NCBI RefSeq assembly: GCF_009834535.1
Contig: NC_045696.1
Location: forward strand, 71,984,001-72,048,000
Length of the DNA: 64,000 nucleotides
Direction: 5' to 3'
Source: Camelus ferus
Taxonomy: Eukaryota
The notes under the pieces are model-generated. The model was given only the letters and a program-made list of their open reading frames with translations, did no database searches and was not told the DNA's origin. This document shows, piece after piece, positions 39,453 to 51,120 of the stretch. Position numbers and translations under genes: made by a program. The number at the start of each line of letters is the position of its first letter. The stretch's first letter is position 1.

Positions 39453-39620
39453 CCAGTAGTTCTCAGCCCTGGTCACGTATTGCACTTAGGGAACTTTTAA
39501 AAAAGATTTATTTCCCCAGATCAGTTGGAATGGAATCTCCTAGTGGGGAGCCCAATGACCAATAGTTTTAAAAGCTTCCCAGGTGAGATACTACTGTGAC
39601 GCTTGAGCTGAGAATTACTA
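39453..39620. mobile_element. MER5-like hAT MITE
   Basis: cagtagttctcagccctgg...aagcttcccaggtga...gctgagaattact inverted termini. Confidence 0.7.
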
Positions 39621-39875
39621 GCTAAACTAGAGCTTCCCAATGACTGGCCTTGAAAGTGACAGGTGTATCAAGGTAGTGACTCCTCTCAACTCCCAAGCCC
39701 ACCATAAAAATGTTATTTTCTCTGTGTGCATGGTATGGGAAAGTTTTGGAAGCGCTGATCGGTGACAAAACATCAGAACAATTGACTTCATTTTTCACTT
39801 TCTGTGTTTTTTGACGAGGCACGTGCTCAGTCCTCACTGGCATCACAGCTGTTGTCACGCCTTGTGTCTCTGCAG

Positions 39876-40004
39876 CATACCGTGAAGGCGCCAAAGGAGG
39901 GCACCATCAAGAAAGTGCTCTACAGAGAAGGTTCTCAGGCCAACAGACACGTTCCTTTAGTCGAGTTTGAGGAGGAAGAATCTGACAAAAGGGAAGCAGA
40001 ATAA
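39876..40004 (+). CDS. MCCC1: MCCC1 exon 19 coding part ([42 protein letters not shown])
   Basis: tctctgcag| acceptor, TAA at 40002-40004. Confidence 0.97.
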   Translation, partial: HTVKAPKEGTIKKVLYREGSQANRHVPLVEFEEEESDKREAE

Positions 40005-40169
40005 ACTCCATCAAAGAAACGGCCAATTAAGCAGTATCTCTACACCAAAAAGAGAAAGTGCCTTCCTGCTTTTCTCTGGGTCTAAAGACCAGCACCTTTA
40101 CTAAATGATTGTATGACTGTGCTGAAAACTGTTTCATATTTAAAAATCATGCACTTGGGTCACAAATAC

Positions 40170-40250
40170 AATAAATTATCTCAAAATATTTTATATTAAT
40201 AAGATTAAACTGTACTTTTTTATTGGAAGCTAATATGGTTTGTTTCTGTC
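40170..40250 (+). terminator. MCCC1 polyadenylation region
   Basis: AATAAA 40170-40175 and ATTAAA 40204-40209 followed by U/GU-rich sequence (tgtacttttttatt...ggtttgtttctgtc); implies a 3'UTR of about 200 nt. Confidence 0.7.
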
Positions 40251-41790
40251 TCAAATTTTATACAATTTAGTTTATTTAGGAAGGTGGGCAGCAACTTGGT
40301 CAAAAGAGAATGACTGAAAGGGGAAAGGAGATTTAACTAAATTATTTCTCATTTGCAGTCATGACAAAAATGGACAATAACATATTTCAGAGACAGATGT
40401 CATAGTGCTAAACTCAACCAAGGATTGGTTTTTGCTAAAGAGTTTAGGCAACTTCTTAGGCAGTTTAAAGACAGGGATGTTATTTGTTTGTTTTTGTGAC
40501 TGGAAAGTTTCAATCTAGACTACCTCTGCCTTTATTGTTCTTTCTAAGCTTGTACAAATATATATGCACACACACTTGCTTTTGTGTACATATATTTTAT
40601 ATACATATAATATTTAAATTATATATTATATACTAGTACATATTTTTTCTAGAAACACATTTACAGCGCCCTGCATTTTCAGGTATCCACTGAAGTGTTA
40701 AATATTTGAATTGAGTTCTTGCTGCACACATGAGACTGTGTTAAATGTTGTGGAGAATATAGAGAAATATAAACATATGGTCTCTGTACTTTAAGATGCC
40801 AGTGATTTAATTGGAAAAATAAGACAACCATGTCAAAAGTTATATGGGAAAACAATCAAATCCAAAATTAAACAAGTCCATTGTCAACAGAGTGGTGAGA
40901 AAGGTACCAAATACTAAATTTGGAAATGCTGAGTTCTCAAGTAAATCTGATTACACAGATTAGTTAGAACATCTATTTTTCCAACAAGGCAGTATGCAAT
41001 ATCCTACGATGTAGGTGGGATTGAAGACTAATGTCATATGACTGGGCAAAACAGGTATTTTAGGAGCTGGGATGGGAAGAGAGTTCTTTGGGCAGGTGTG
41101 CTCAGGGTAGGTTTCATAAAGGAAGGAGAACCCAGAGACAGTAGTGGGGGGTGGGGTGGGAGTTGTAGACTAAAAAGGAAGGAGCAGGGCTACGCAGCTG
41201 AAAATGAGCAAGTTGTAGTCTATATTCCAGAGCAGATCTGCTCAGCAAGGGTGGGAGGTGCTTGGTGGGGAAGGAGTAAGCAATAAAAAGGTAAGAAATT
41301 TAGGATGGGGCCAGATTGTAACTGACATTGAATTGCAGGTCTGGATTTTATCTTGCAAGTAGTGGTTACATTAAATTATATTTTAGTAAGGAAAGCAATG
41401 ATTTTGGAAAAATTTATCTGGCTAATAGAGCTCCTTAAGAAACTTTGCCATTTTTCACAGGTTTGAACATTTGCATACCCTATGACCTTACATCCCAGTT
41501 CTAGAAATGCACAAGTGCACTTGTGCACCAAGAATGTTCTTAGCCACATTACCCGTAATAGCAAAACACTGAAAACAATCCGAGTTGGTTGGCAGGAGAA
41601 GGAGTAAATAACTGTGGTATGGCACACAGTGGAATACTATGTAACAACAAAATAAACAAGTTAAGAGCATACACATGGGTGAATCTTGGATTCACAATAC
41701 TGAGTGAAATAGCATGTACCAGGAGATACACACATAGGGTGCTATATAGACTTGCAAAATCAACTATGTTCATATATATAATAAAACTAT

Positions 41791-42034
41791 ATATATATTT
41801 TTAAATTGTAGTATAGTTGATCTACAGTATTGTGTTAGTTTCAGGTATACAACAAAGTGATTCAGTTATATATATTTTAGATTATTTTCCATTGCAGGTT
41901 ATTACAAGATACTGACTATAGTTTCCTGTGCTATATAGTAATTCCTTGTTGCTTATCTATTTTATGTATAGTGGCTTGTATCTGTTAATCCCATATTCCT
42001 AATTTACTTATCCTTCCTCCCTCCTTTTCCCCTT
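41791..42034 (-). mobile_element. Short L1 3' end with TSD, inserted in an older L1ME (41400-42250)
   Basis: TAATAAAACTAT at 41779-41790 and 42035-42046; gtatagttgatctacagtattgtgttagtttcagg L1 3' motif. Confidence 0.8.
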
Positions 42035-42699
42035 TAATAAAACTATTTTCTTTAAAAAATAGAATAAAAACCTTAAAGACAGTGATTAGCTCCAGGTATT
42101 AGGCCAGGGGTTGACATATGTGATGTGTGTGCGGATAGAACAAGCTACTGTTAATGTGCTAGTGTAGGGCTGGATGTTTGGTTGGTCATATTTATTATAC
42201 AATTATGTTTTATAACATATATTACATATGATTCAAGTAATATTTTAGAAAATTTCATCTGGCAGTAATACGTGAGTTGGATGGAGGAGGAAAGAGGCAA
42301 GAGGCTAGAAAACCAGTTAGGAAGAGGTTCTTAACAGCTATTTAGGCAGGAGGTGATAAAGGAGGGGCCCATCTAAACCAGTGCTTTTATCTACAGTTTT
42401 ATCAACAGAGCCATTTCCCCTGCCTGAAAAGAACCTCCTCTGTAGACAAGAGGAAAAAGCAGAGGTGCCTTGATGGAAATTTGGGGTTGCTGTATGCCCG
42501 CTTCCATATCTTTCAGGGAAACAGGATATTCTCTTAATTCCATTGTTAGGGGCTGTGTTGATCATAATGTGTAGAGAAGGAATTTGAAGCCAACTACCCC
42601 AATTACCCACATATTGGAATTCTTTGAGATCATTGCTGAATGTGGTACTGTGTGAGCAAAGTTCTCTGCACATGACTGCATCTGTTTCTTCTAAAACAG

Positions 42700-43270
42700 G
42701 GCATCTGCTGTATACCAGGGCCTTTGGAAACAAAGGTGGTAAGAAATGGTTTTTGCCTTTGCCTCAACTAATGGGAAACGATCCAGCTATATAGAAAAAT
42801 GTAATATAATTGCTGGTAAGTAGCATAATATGCTTGGGCACTAGGTGCCCTGGGTTTGGGGGGTGGTCAAGTGAGTGGAGCAATAAATTCTACTGTGGGG
42901 CAGGAAGCTGAGGGAGTGGCAGTGACATTTGAACTGGGCTTTGGAGGGTAGCCATTTGCCAGATGGAGAAGGAAGGTAAAACAAGGCCATTGCAGGGAGA
43001 GGGACTAGCAAGGGCTAATAATAACAGCGAGGTGTGAAAGTGCACACTGTTCGGGGCACAGGGTGATCCAGCAGAGGCTGGACCCCAGGGCGCGTGGCCC
43101 AGAGGGGCTGGGGAGTAGCTGCCTGGCAGTGGGAAGGACTTTATTCTGGAGGCAGTTGGGAGCCCTGGAGGTTTTCAGACAGACAAGTTTTTCAGTTATT
43201 TCTGTCCACGGTCTGAAATAGATTGGAAAGTGGAGAGGAACTGGAGACAGTGAGTTCAAAAGAGGCACCA
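42700..43270 (-). mobile_element. L2 fragment
   Basis: gtgacatttgaactgggctttggagg..., ggactttattctggaggcagttgggagccctggagg. Confidence 0.7.
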
Positions 43271-43529
43271 AATATGGAATCCTGTCCTAGGTGCTCCGGG
43301 TATGGAAGTCAGACCTCGGGACACATCTCCTTGACTTAAAAGTAGCTCTTCTTTTGGAGAAGATACATTTATAGGCATGGATCAAAACCTGAGTCTTATA
43401 GTTGGAAGAAAGCTGTTTGCTGCCTTATCTTTGACAATAGCATTCTGGATGCAGTATGTTTAGGACTATAATAACCAAGAAAACAACAACATTTAAGAGC
43501 CCTGATGGTTGCTGTGTAATCATTGAGGA

Positions 43530-43765
43530 AGCCACATAGCACTGTAGTCAAAACAGTTTCAGAGTTAAAATTCTTGCATTCAGGTCCTGACCCTTGCCAC
43601 TTACTGCAGGGTCTTGGGCGTGTGGTTTAACGTCTCTGAGTTCTATCTGTGAGTGGGGGTAGTAGCACTACCTCGCAGCTTTGTCATGAAGATTAAATGA
43701 GAAAATATAGAAGTTGCCTTTAGCACTGTGCCTGAAACATTTATGTTCACCTGATAGTTTTTATT
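43530..43765 (+). mobile_element. MIR SINE
   Basis: gtcttgggcgtgtggtttaacgtctctgag...tgtcatgaagattaaatgaga. Confidence 0.8.
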
Positions 43766-45636
43766 AATTTCTAACTTGCAGTTACTGCTTGAAAGCAATT
43801 AAGAAACTGCTCTAAATTGAGCCCAGGTGGTTATTCTTGCCAGCAAAATTCCGAGGTCCCATGGTAGTTAAAAACTCTGCCTGGTCATGCATCACCCTGT
43901 CCCCTCTCTTTGCTCCCTCCCTCAGCTCTAGCTTGCTCCAAGGCCAGCCAGGCACCTGTCAACCCCAGGCAGACTGGTGCTGTCAGGGGAAGCCTCCATC
44001 AGCCCCTCCCCCTGCGACAGTGGCTGCCAGATTGGCACGTCCCAGAGCCTTCCTGCTAATGGGACAGCAACGCTCCCAGAAGCAGCTCGCCTTTTGCCCA
44101 AAGGCTGGGCCTGGGTTTATTCCACTTTCCATATCAGCTGTCACTCACGTGCATAGCTGGTGCTTGGAGGCGAAACCTTCGTGTCTGACTTAAGTGTGGG
44201 TGGGCATCACCACTTCTGCTGGGGAGCAGAGTAGGGAGGTCTCTTACTTAGCTGAACTCACTTTTTCCCTCCAACGACTAGCTGCTCTTGCACATGTGCT
44301 GTTCTTAACACTCTAATAGTTCTCTTAGGAATATTAGATGTCAGAATGTGCTTCTATGTTCTACCTACACGTGACACTTCTGCTATTGTCATTAAAATAT
44401 TTACAGAGTTGATAGTAATACTCCACACTTAACGTTGCACCTTTCATCAGGGGATCTCAAAAAAGCACTCCTAGATATTCACACTAAGCTTCAAAATACC
44501 CAGGAAGAAAAATGCGATTTAAACTGTGTGATGAGAAGGGAGAAGATGGATGTCCCCATATTCTTTGTTCCAAGCTCAGAGGAGGGAGCCTTGGATTGTG
44601 ACTCCCTTCCTGCTAATGACACACTGCTCCCTGAAGGCTGGCCCCAGGGAGCTGCAGCCTTGGGGTTAGTAGTTCTTCTCCACCAGACTGAGTATGGGGC
44701 ATCCCAGGAGGCCCTGCCCCCAGCTCTCAAAGTCTCAGGCTGGGTGGGAACAGTCTTGCCTATCTGCCCCACCTGCTGTGAATAACCCTGGGTACACAAT
44801 TCCTTCTTGACCAGATCATAGCCCTGATATCGGTGATTACCCTCTCACCCTGACATTTGTCTCAGAGAATCAGAGCGCTGTGATGTCTCACTGGCTCAGT
44901 CTCCTGCAGTGAGCTGCATGTACAGGGAGCACTCCCCCTTAAACCTCCAACCACAGCCCTGATGTAACTCCCTCCCTCCTAAGATGGCTAACATCATTCT
45001 CTGTTAGCACCCCTGCTCCTTAGCATTTTGCTAAACCATTTGATTAGGTTTGAAATAACTCATTCCAAATACACCACTCCCACCACCAGAAAAAATGAAG
45101 AAATACAATAAAAAAGGTAGTTTGGGACTTCTCTGCTTTCCCAATTATTCTTTTTTTTTTTTTTAATTTCAGAGTTATTTATTTATTTTTCGTTGATCTT
45201 CCCACTTATTCCTTTATCATTACCACCTACATCATAAAAGCCACATGGTTTTACTGGCACCCGCCTAAGTTTTTTCCCCTGTTGCTCATTTGGCCCCACA
45301 CCAAGCTCCCTTTTTTGAGGTGCCCATCTAAACAGGCTCCTCATCCATGACTGCCCTCGACTTTCCCTGCTCTGGAGTCATTCCACATTAATACAACATG
45401 TCAAATAATGATTGAAGATCTATTATATACAAGATAAGCCATCAACCTTCTGTCCCTTAGCTATGTAAATATTAGTCTCCTTTAAATAAGCATTAATTTG
45501 GAATAGGTAATATAGTCCCCTGGTTCAAAATCCAAACGTATATATTAAAAGGTATACAGTGGAAATCTCTCACCCACACAGACCCCTTACCCCTGCCAAT
45601 AGTTAACCACTATTGTTTGTTTATTGTGTATCCTTC

Positions 45637-46300
45637 TGTTACCCGAAAACTGGGTCTGCCTCTTGGTAGGTGTCGAGCCAAAAGATGCTACCAAGCCAAA
45701 CAGCGGGAGAAGGAAGGATTTATTACTTACTTAGTAAAGAGAACACTGGGGATCTTTCCCAAAGCAGTGTCTCCCCAAACAGCAAAACTGGGTAAGTTTT
45801 AAACTAAGGATACACTACGTATTTATGAAGGGGTTTGGGCAGTGTAGGCATAATAATGAAGGGGCTGGAGAGAGAATTCAGCATAGATTTGGAGCAATGG
45901 ACAGAGTCCAAGCTATAGTTAATTGAAGTCATGAGGGTCAGAAAAGGTCAACATCATCATTCCTTACTTCACAACCAGTCTTGGTTCTTAGCTTATAGTT
46001 ACCATCCTCCACCTGGGTGGGGGCCTTAATTCCTGCAAAACAACTCAAAGATACATATCAGCTGTTATGTATATCCCCTGAGGAGGATCTAAGGCTCTAT
46101 TGACTCTTGTTTCTGCTTTTCCTTTGTTCCTGCATTCCTTTCTTCCCTTAAGATTATTAATTACTGAGACCTCTTCAAGGGCAAGCATTGTTGTCAAGCT
46201 TAGATCTCAAAATGGCTTAGGCCAAAAATGGCTTCTCTTAAGTCAAGAAAGCCATGCCTAGTTCTCTTTCTCCAGGGACTCCATACCCTGTCTGCTTACA
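45637..46300 (-). mobile_element. Solo LTR (664 bp, ERV1-class by 4-bp TSD) inserted in an L1ME remnant
   Basis: TG...CA termini, CTTC TSD at 45633-45636 and 46301-46304, minus-strand AATAAA at 45719-45724. Confidence 0.85.
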
Positions 46301-48344
46301 CTTCCAGTGTTTATGCACTCAAAAGCAAATACAACTGTGTAGTCTAATTTCCTCCCTTCTATAATAAAAGTCAAGTTCTGCACTTCGTTTTTTTATTTAG
46401 TAAAGTGTGTTAGAGATCCTTCCATAACAATACATAGGGAGTTTCACAGTTGCACAGTATTCCATTTGTCCACTAAATGGAGACAGTTTATTCAACCAGA
46501 CTGTTATTGGTGGACATCTAGGTTTTTTTTCAACATTTTGGTATTACAAAAAGATGCTACACCGAATAACTTGCCAGTACCTTATTTTGCACATACACAA
46601 TTGTATCTGTTAAGATCTATTCCTAGAAATGAATTGCCAGGTTAAAGACTAATAATAAATTATTGAAAAATTAAGCTAAAAACACCAATATTTGAAGGTC
46701 TTGTTACTGTACCTACAGTAACAACTCACATTTATAAAGCATTTTATAATGTACTGACATTTTGTTACCAAGAGAGGTATCACCACTATTATCCTCATTT
46801 GAGGGGACTGAGATTGAGTAACTTTTATACAATTGTACTTTTCATAGTTTTTGGGACCAAAACTGAGCCAAGACTTTTCATTCCAAAATTCTCTGCTTTC
46901 CAACTATGTAATCTGCCTCCCGAAGTAGCCAGGCAGATGGAGGAAGGCAATTTTATTCATCCAGAACTTTTGTTCCCCTCTTTTTCATTTTCTGAAAGCC
47001 TTTCCTCCTTGGCTGAGTATCTTCTCACTCTTACAGCTCAACCTGGAGGACTTAGTGGTACCTGGACCCTCATACTTACTTGACCAGAGGATCACAGTCA
47101 TGCTACTGGCCAGCCTAGTCACCTTTAAAAACTCAGTGCAACTTTAGGTGGAATTGGAACCTTGGAAATAAAAACTGTTCTATTCAGAAGGGGGATTAGC
47201 ATTGAAACATCCTCCAGACACACCGATCCTCTGATGGCCTCAGATTTCTAGAATAAGATTTCTAGAATAAGATTATTCACTTCAAACTGTAATAGAAATA
47301 CTGTGTTTCAACAACGACAAGGAATTTGTTAATTTCCCAGATGAAAACTGTGGAATTTGGTGGTGGATGTACAGGGGACCAAGCAAAGAGGTTCGCGAAT
47401 CCAGAGATTTGTATTTCTTGAGAAGACCTTGGAAACATTTGATGTTTGGAAAAATGTACTTAGTAGGTAGATTCAGTGACAGCTTAGGTCTTTAAAGCAG
47501 AAGGGAAAATTTTTACTCTCCTCCTCAAGAATTGTGAAGACAGATTAAGGGAAAAGATAAGGCTCAGCAAGTCCAGTATTTCACTTTTAAAAATTGAAAG
47601 AATTAAAAAGACAATTTCCTCATCAACTCTTTGCTTTTTTAGATGTTTATTTCTTGTGTATTTTGCACACTTCTATTGTTTGCTAATTTAATTCTCCTTT
47701 CAGAAAAAAATCTGATTTGCTTAAAGGAATGTATATAAGAGTTAAAAACTATACAGTGGAATCCACACATAAGAAATATTTGTGGGCAAAAGTGTTTGTC
47801 CCTTCCTCAAACAATAACCTACACACTTGGCTAAGAATTTGATTTTGTTATTAAACAAAAATGGTTTGATCGCCTAGAACCCACAGAAAAATATATCAGT
47901 ACCTTAATGATGATTTCTTGATTCATAGTGAGAAATGTACCTGTCATAAATCAGAATACTTACATTCATTTGACTGGTGTGTTTTGCCTGGTGTGAAAAA
48001 CACATGGAAGCCAAATTATAATGACAAGGTTTCTTGATAAGCAGGGACCCAGGTAAAAGGAGTTCGGTGTATGATAAAGGAGCTGACAATTTGATGCATC
48101 TCTCTCCACAAAAGGAACGCATACCATCGGCTGCAGAGCCCCAAATGGTTGAAGACATGCTACCAATTTTCTCCCCTGAGACTTTCCATTTTTCAAATTT
48201 TTAAAATTTCATTTGCTCATCCCTGTGTTTAAAAACATATTCTGTCTTTAGATATATTAATACCACCATTAGCCTATTTTCCCTAAACTTTCCTGATAAG
48301 TATCACTTGGAGCTTGACAAAAATAGATTTCTGAAAAAATGTCT

Positions 48345-48752
48345 AAGGGAAAGGCCTGGTATCCTGCATACTTAACAAGCACCCCAGTGATTTTTACCAG
48401 GAAGGTTTGGGGATAACAAGTTAGTCCATTGCATCTCAAAATGTACTGTTCCCACAAACCACCTGCAGATCCTGGTTACACTGGCTGAGAGAGGGCCTGA
48501 GAGTCTCCAATCCTAAAGGGCCCCAGGCATCTAGCCCAGGGACTGCATTTTGAGTAGCATGCCTCAGTGGTTGTCAAAAAGTGCTCCAGGGCCAGCAGAA
48601 TAGGCAATGGCTGAGAACCTCTTAGAAATGCAGACTCTCAGCCCCACCCTGCACCTCCTGAATCAGAAACTCTGAGGATGGGACCCAGCAGTCTGTTTCA
48701 ATAAGGTCTCCAGATAAGACTTTGATACTTCCTAAAATTCAAGAACCACAGA
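48345..48752. mobile_element. Cluster of MER5-like hAT MITEs
   Basis: taacaagcaccccagtgatt; agaaatgcagactctcagccccaccc...ctgaatcagaaactctgaggatgggacccagca. Confidence 0.8.
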
Positions 48753-48992
48753 TTTGTAGTTATACTTAGCTGCTTCTTACTTCTTACTTGTGTCGTTTAA
48801 CTCCATTTGGGGTGGTACCCTGCTAGCACCATTATAAAGAGTTTAGGAAACATTGGCAAGAAAGTTATCATGGAGTATTTTGAGGGAATCTGTTCCTTTA
48901 CATTTTATCTTTACACTTAATTTTTCTTTACATTTCATTTTTAAAGATCACTGAAGAAACCATTTTGTAATAATACAAGGTAATCGGTTAGA

Positions 48993-49280
48993 GCAGGGTT
49001 CACAAATACCTAAAGGGACTGAACACTCCCTGTAAATAAAGTAAGAGGTTCAGGAAGTAGGTTTGGCCTCAAAAAGCAGCTGCTCCCGAGCTCCACCCAG
49101 CCAGTGCCACGCCTGGTGGGAATGTGGGCCCAGAGGAGGCACATCTTCCAAACACCTAAGAGAAGTCAGAAAGCCAACTTTTCGTGTGAAGTCTCTTGCT
49201 TTCTAAATGCTGCCAAACTATTCGGGTTTGTTGTAATATTCTGTGAGCCCAACAAGCCAGCCTTCTGTTAGCAACTCTAC
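48993..49280. mobile_element. MER102-like hAT fossil
   Basis: gggaatgtgggcccag...aagagaagtcagaaa...gtgtgaagtctc. Confidence 0.6.
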
Positions 49281-49559
49281 CTGGGAGGGACTAATGTCTG
49301 TCTCAGAAAGAAGAGAAAACCAAGCTGAGCTCTATCCCCAGCTCTGGAGGTCCACTGCTGTGAAACACCAACCTGAACCATGAGCCATGCTCCTGTGAAA
49401 GGCCAATCAAGTCTTCCCTGAAGTAAGTAGCTCCCTGAGCAGCCAAGTGAGTAGCACTCACAGAAATATTTGGAGCATTCCAAGTTTGAAAATAGACAGT
49501 TTTACACTGTGTAATCCATCTGGAAGCAAAGAGTACCCAATAGTCAGACTAGTGGTTCT

Positions 49560-49775
49560 AGGGGTGAATTCAGATTTTGTGACTTCTGAAACTTAGATAA
49601 TCTGGGGGGACTCTAAGAAAAAAAATGTGAGATTATAAACACAAAATTAGCTATGAAAGTACAAGGAGGTCTTAACCAAAGGTGGGAAAATTTTGCAAAT
49701 TTTACAGTAAGCGAATTTCCAGGGCCCTTGGAAGGACCCCCACAAGCAGGGACCCTGGAGCTTCCTGAGTGTCTT
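49560..49775 (-). mobile_element. MER53-family hAT fossil
   Basis: reverse-complement similarity to 8440-8595 (cagggcccttggaagg...cacaagcagggaccctggagctt). Confidence 0.6.
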
Positions 49776-50419
49776 GGGACGTCCACCTCTGTCCTAGTGA
49801 CCACTGGGGTGCGGCAGGGTTTGGATCAGGACTGGATGTGGTAGTGTTCTGGGGTGCTGGTTATGTTCTATTTCTTAACCTGGGTGAGGGTTCATTTTAC
49901 AACAGTTTATTAAGCTGTGCACTTATGTTTTTTGCAGTCATGCATATTTTATAATTTAAAAAACCATTTGGCCCTTTTCTAAATTAGCAAAAATACTCAT
50001 TTCCATTGGATGAAATAGGTCTTCAATAAATATTTGATGAATGAATGAACAAATAAATGAGTTCCTTCAAATCTATTCAGCCAATATATGTCAAGGACCT
50101 AAATGTGTAAAAATCCCTGCTAGGTTTTGTGTTATTAAATACTTTATAGTATTTACTATTTAATATTTAAGTAAAAAGAGAAGTAAAATTTAATAAAAGA
50201 AATAAAATAATTATATTTTCTTTTGTTTTACCATTTTAAAAAATTAATCGGATTCTTTCACTATTACTATATATAAAGCTAAAAATATAAAAATAGAAAT
50301 ATTGTTTTTTATATATATATATAGAGAGAGAGAGAGAAGCTGGATTTGCACTGTCAAAAGAAGAAAATATATTTAAATTTAATACCTTTAACCAAAGATC
50401 TAATACTTTCAGGTTTAAA

Positions 50420-50529
50420 TTTTTTCTTTTTTCTTTTTTTTCCCCTTAGTGGAGGCACTGGAGATTGAACCCAGGACCTCATGAACACCAAACACATGCT
50501 CTGCCATTGAGCTATACCCCACCCCACCC
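50420..50529 (-). mobile_element. Vic-1-type SINE
   Basis: T-rich tail, ggaggcactggagattgaacccaggacctc...tgagctatacccc. Confidence 0.85.
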
Positions 50530-50644
50530 TTTAGCTTTAAAATTTTTAAATTTACAATCATACAATTTTTTAAATGTTAGGTAGAGGGAACAGAAAAACA
50601 AAGAAATTGATATTTATTTAGTATATTCTAAAGGCTAGATATAT

Positions 50645-51120
50645 TTTTTTTAATACACTTTATTCTTTTAGAGCAGTTTCAGGTTCACAACAGAATTGAG
50701 CATAAAATACAGAGTTTGCACATAGCCCTCCCTACCCACACATACATACTCCCCTACCCTCAACATCCCTCATCAGTGTGGCATATTTGGTACAATCGAT
50801 GAACCAACATGGGCACATTATTATCAACCAAAGTCCACAGTTTACATTAGGGTTCACTCTTGATGTTGTACATTCTATGGGCTTTGACAAATGCATAATG
50901 ACATGTAGCCACCACTACGGTATCATACAGAATAATTTCATTGCCCTAAAAGTCCCTTGTGCTCTATCTATTCATGCCTCCCTCCCTCCTCTCCTCAAAC
51001 CCCTGGAAACAATGATCTTTTTATTGTTTCTGTAGTATTGCCTTTTCCAGAATGTCATTTGGTTGGAATCATACAGTTTGTAGCCTTTTCAGACTAGCTT
51101 CTTTCATTTAGTAATATGTC
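50645..51120 (-). mobile_element. L1MC-like 3'UTR
   Basis: closely similar to 13845-14290 (ttagggttcactcttgatgttgtacattctatgg). Confidence 0.85.

Noticed and set aside
44435..44799. Overlapping 116-aa (+) and 102-aa (-) ORFs in intergenic DNA
   Set aside because: No recognisable domain, the + ORF starts at TTG, no convincing exon structure; expected by chance in GC-richer sequence.
47242..47274. 14-bp tandem duplication containing TTCTAGAA (heat-shock-element-like)
   Set aside because: Spacing does not give three contiguous alternating nGAAn units; ordinary micro-duplication, like that at 20280-20309.
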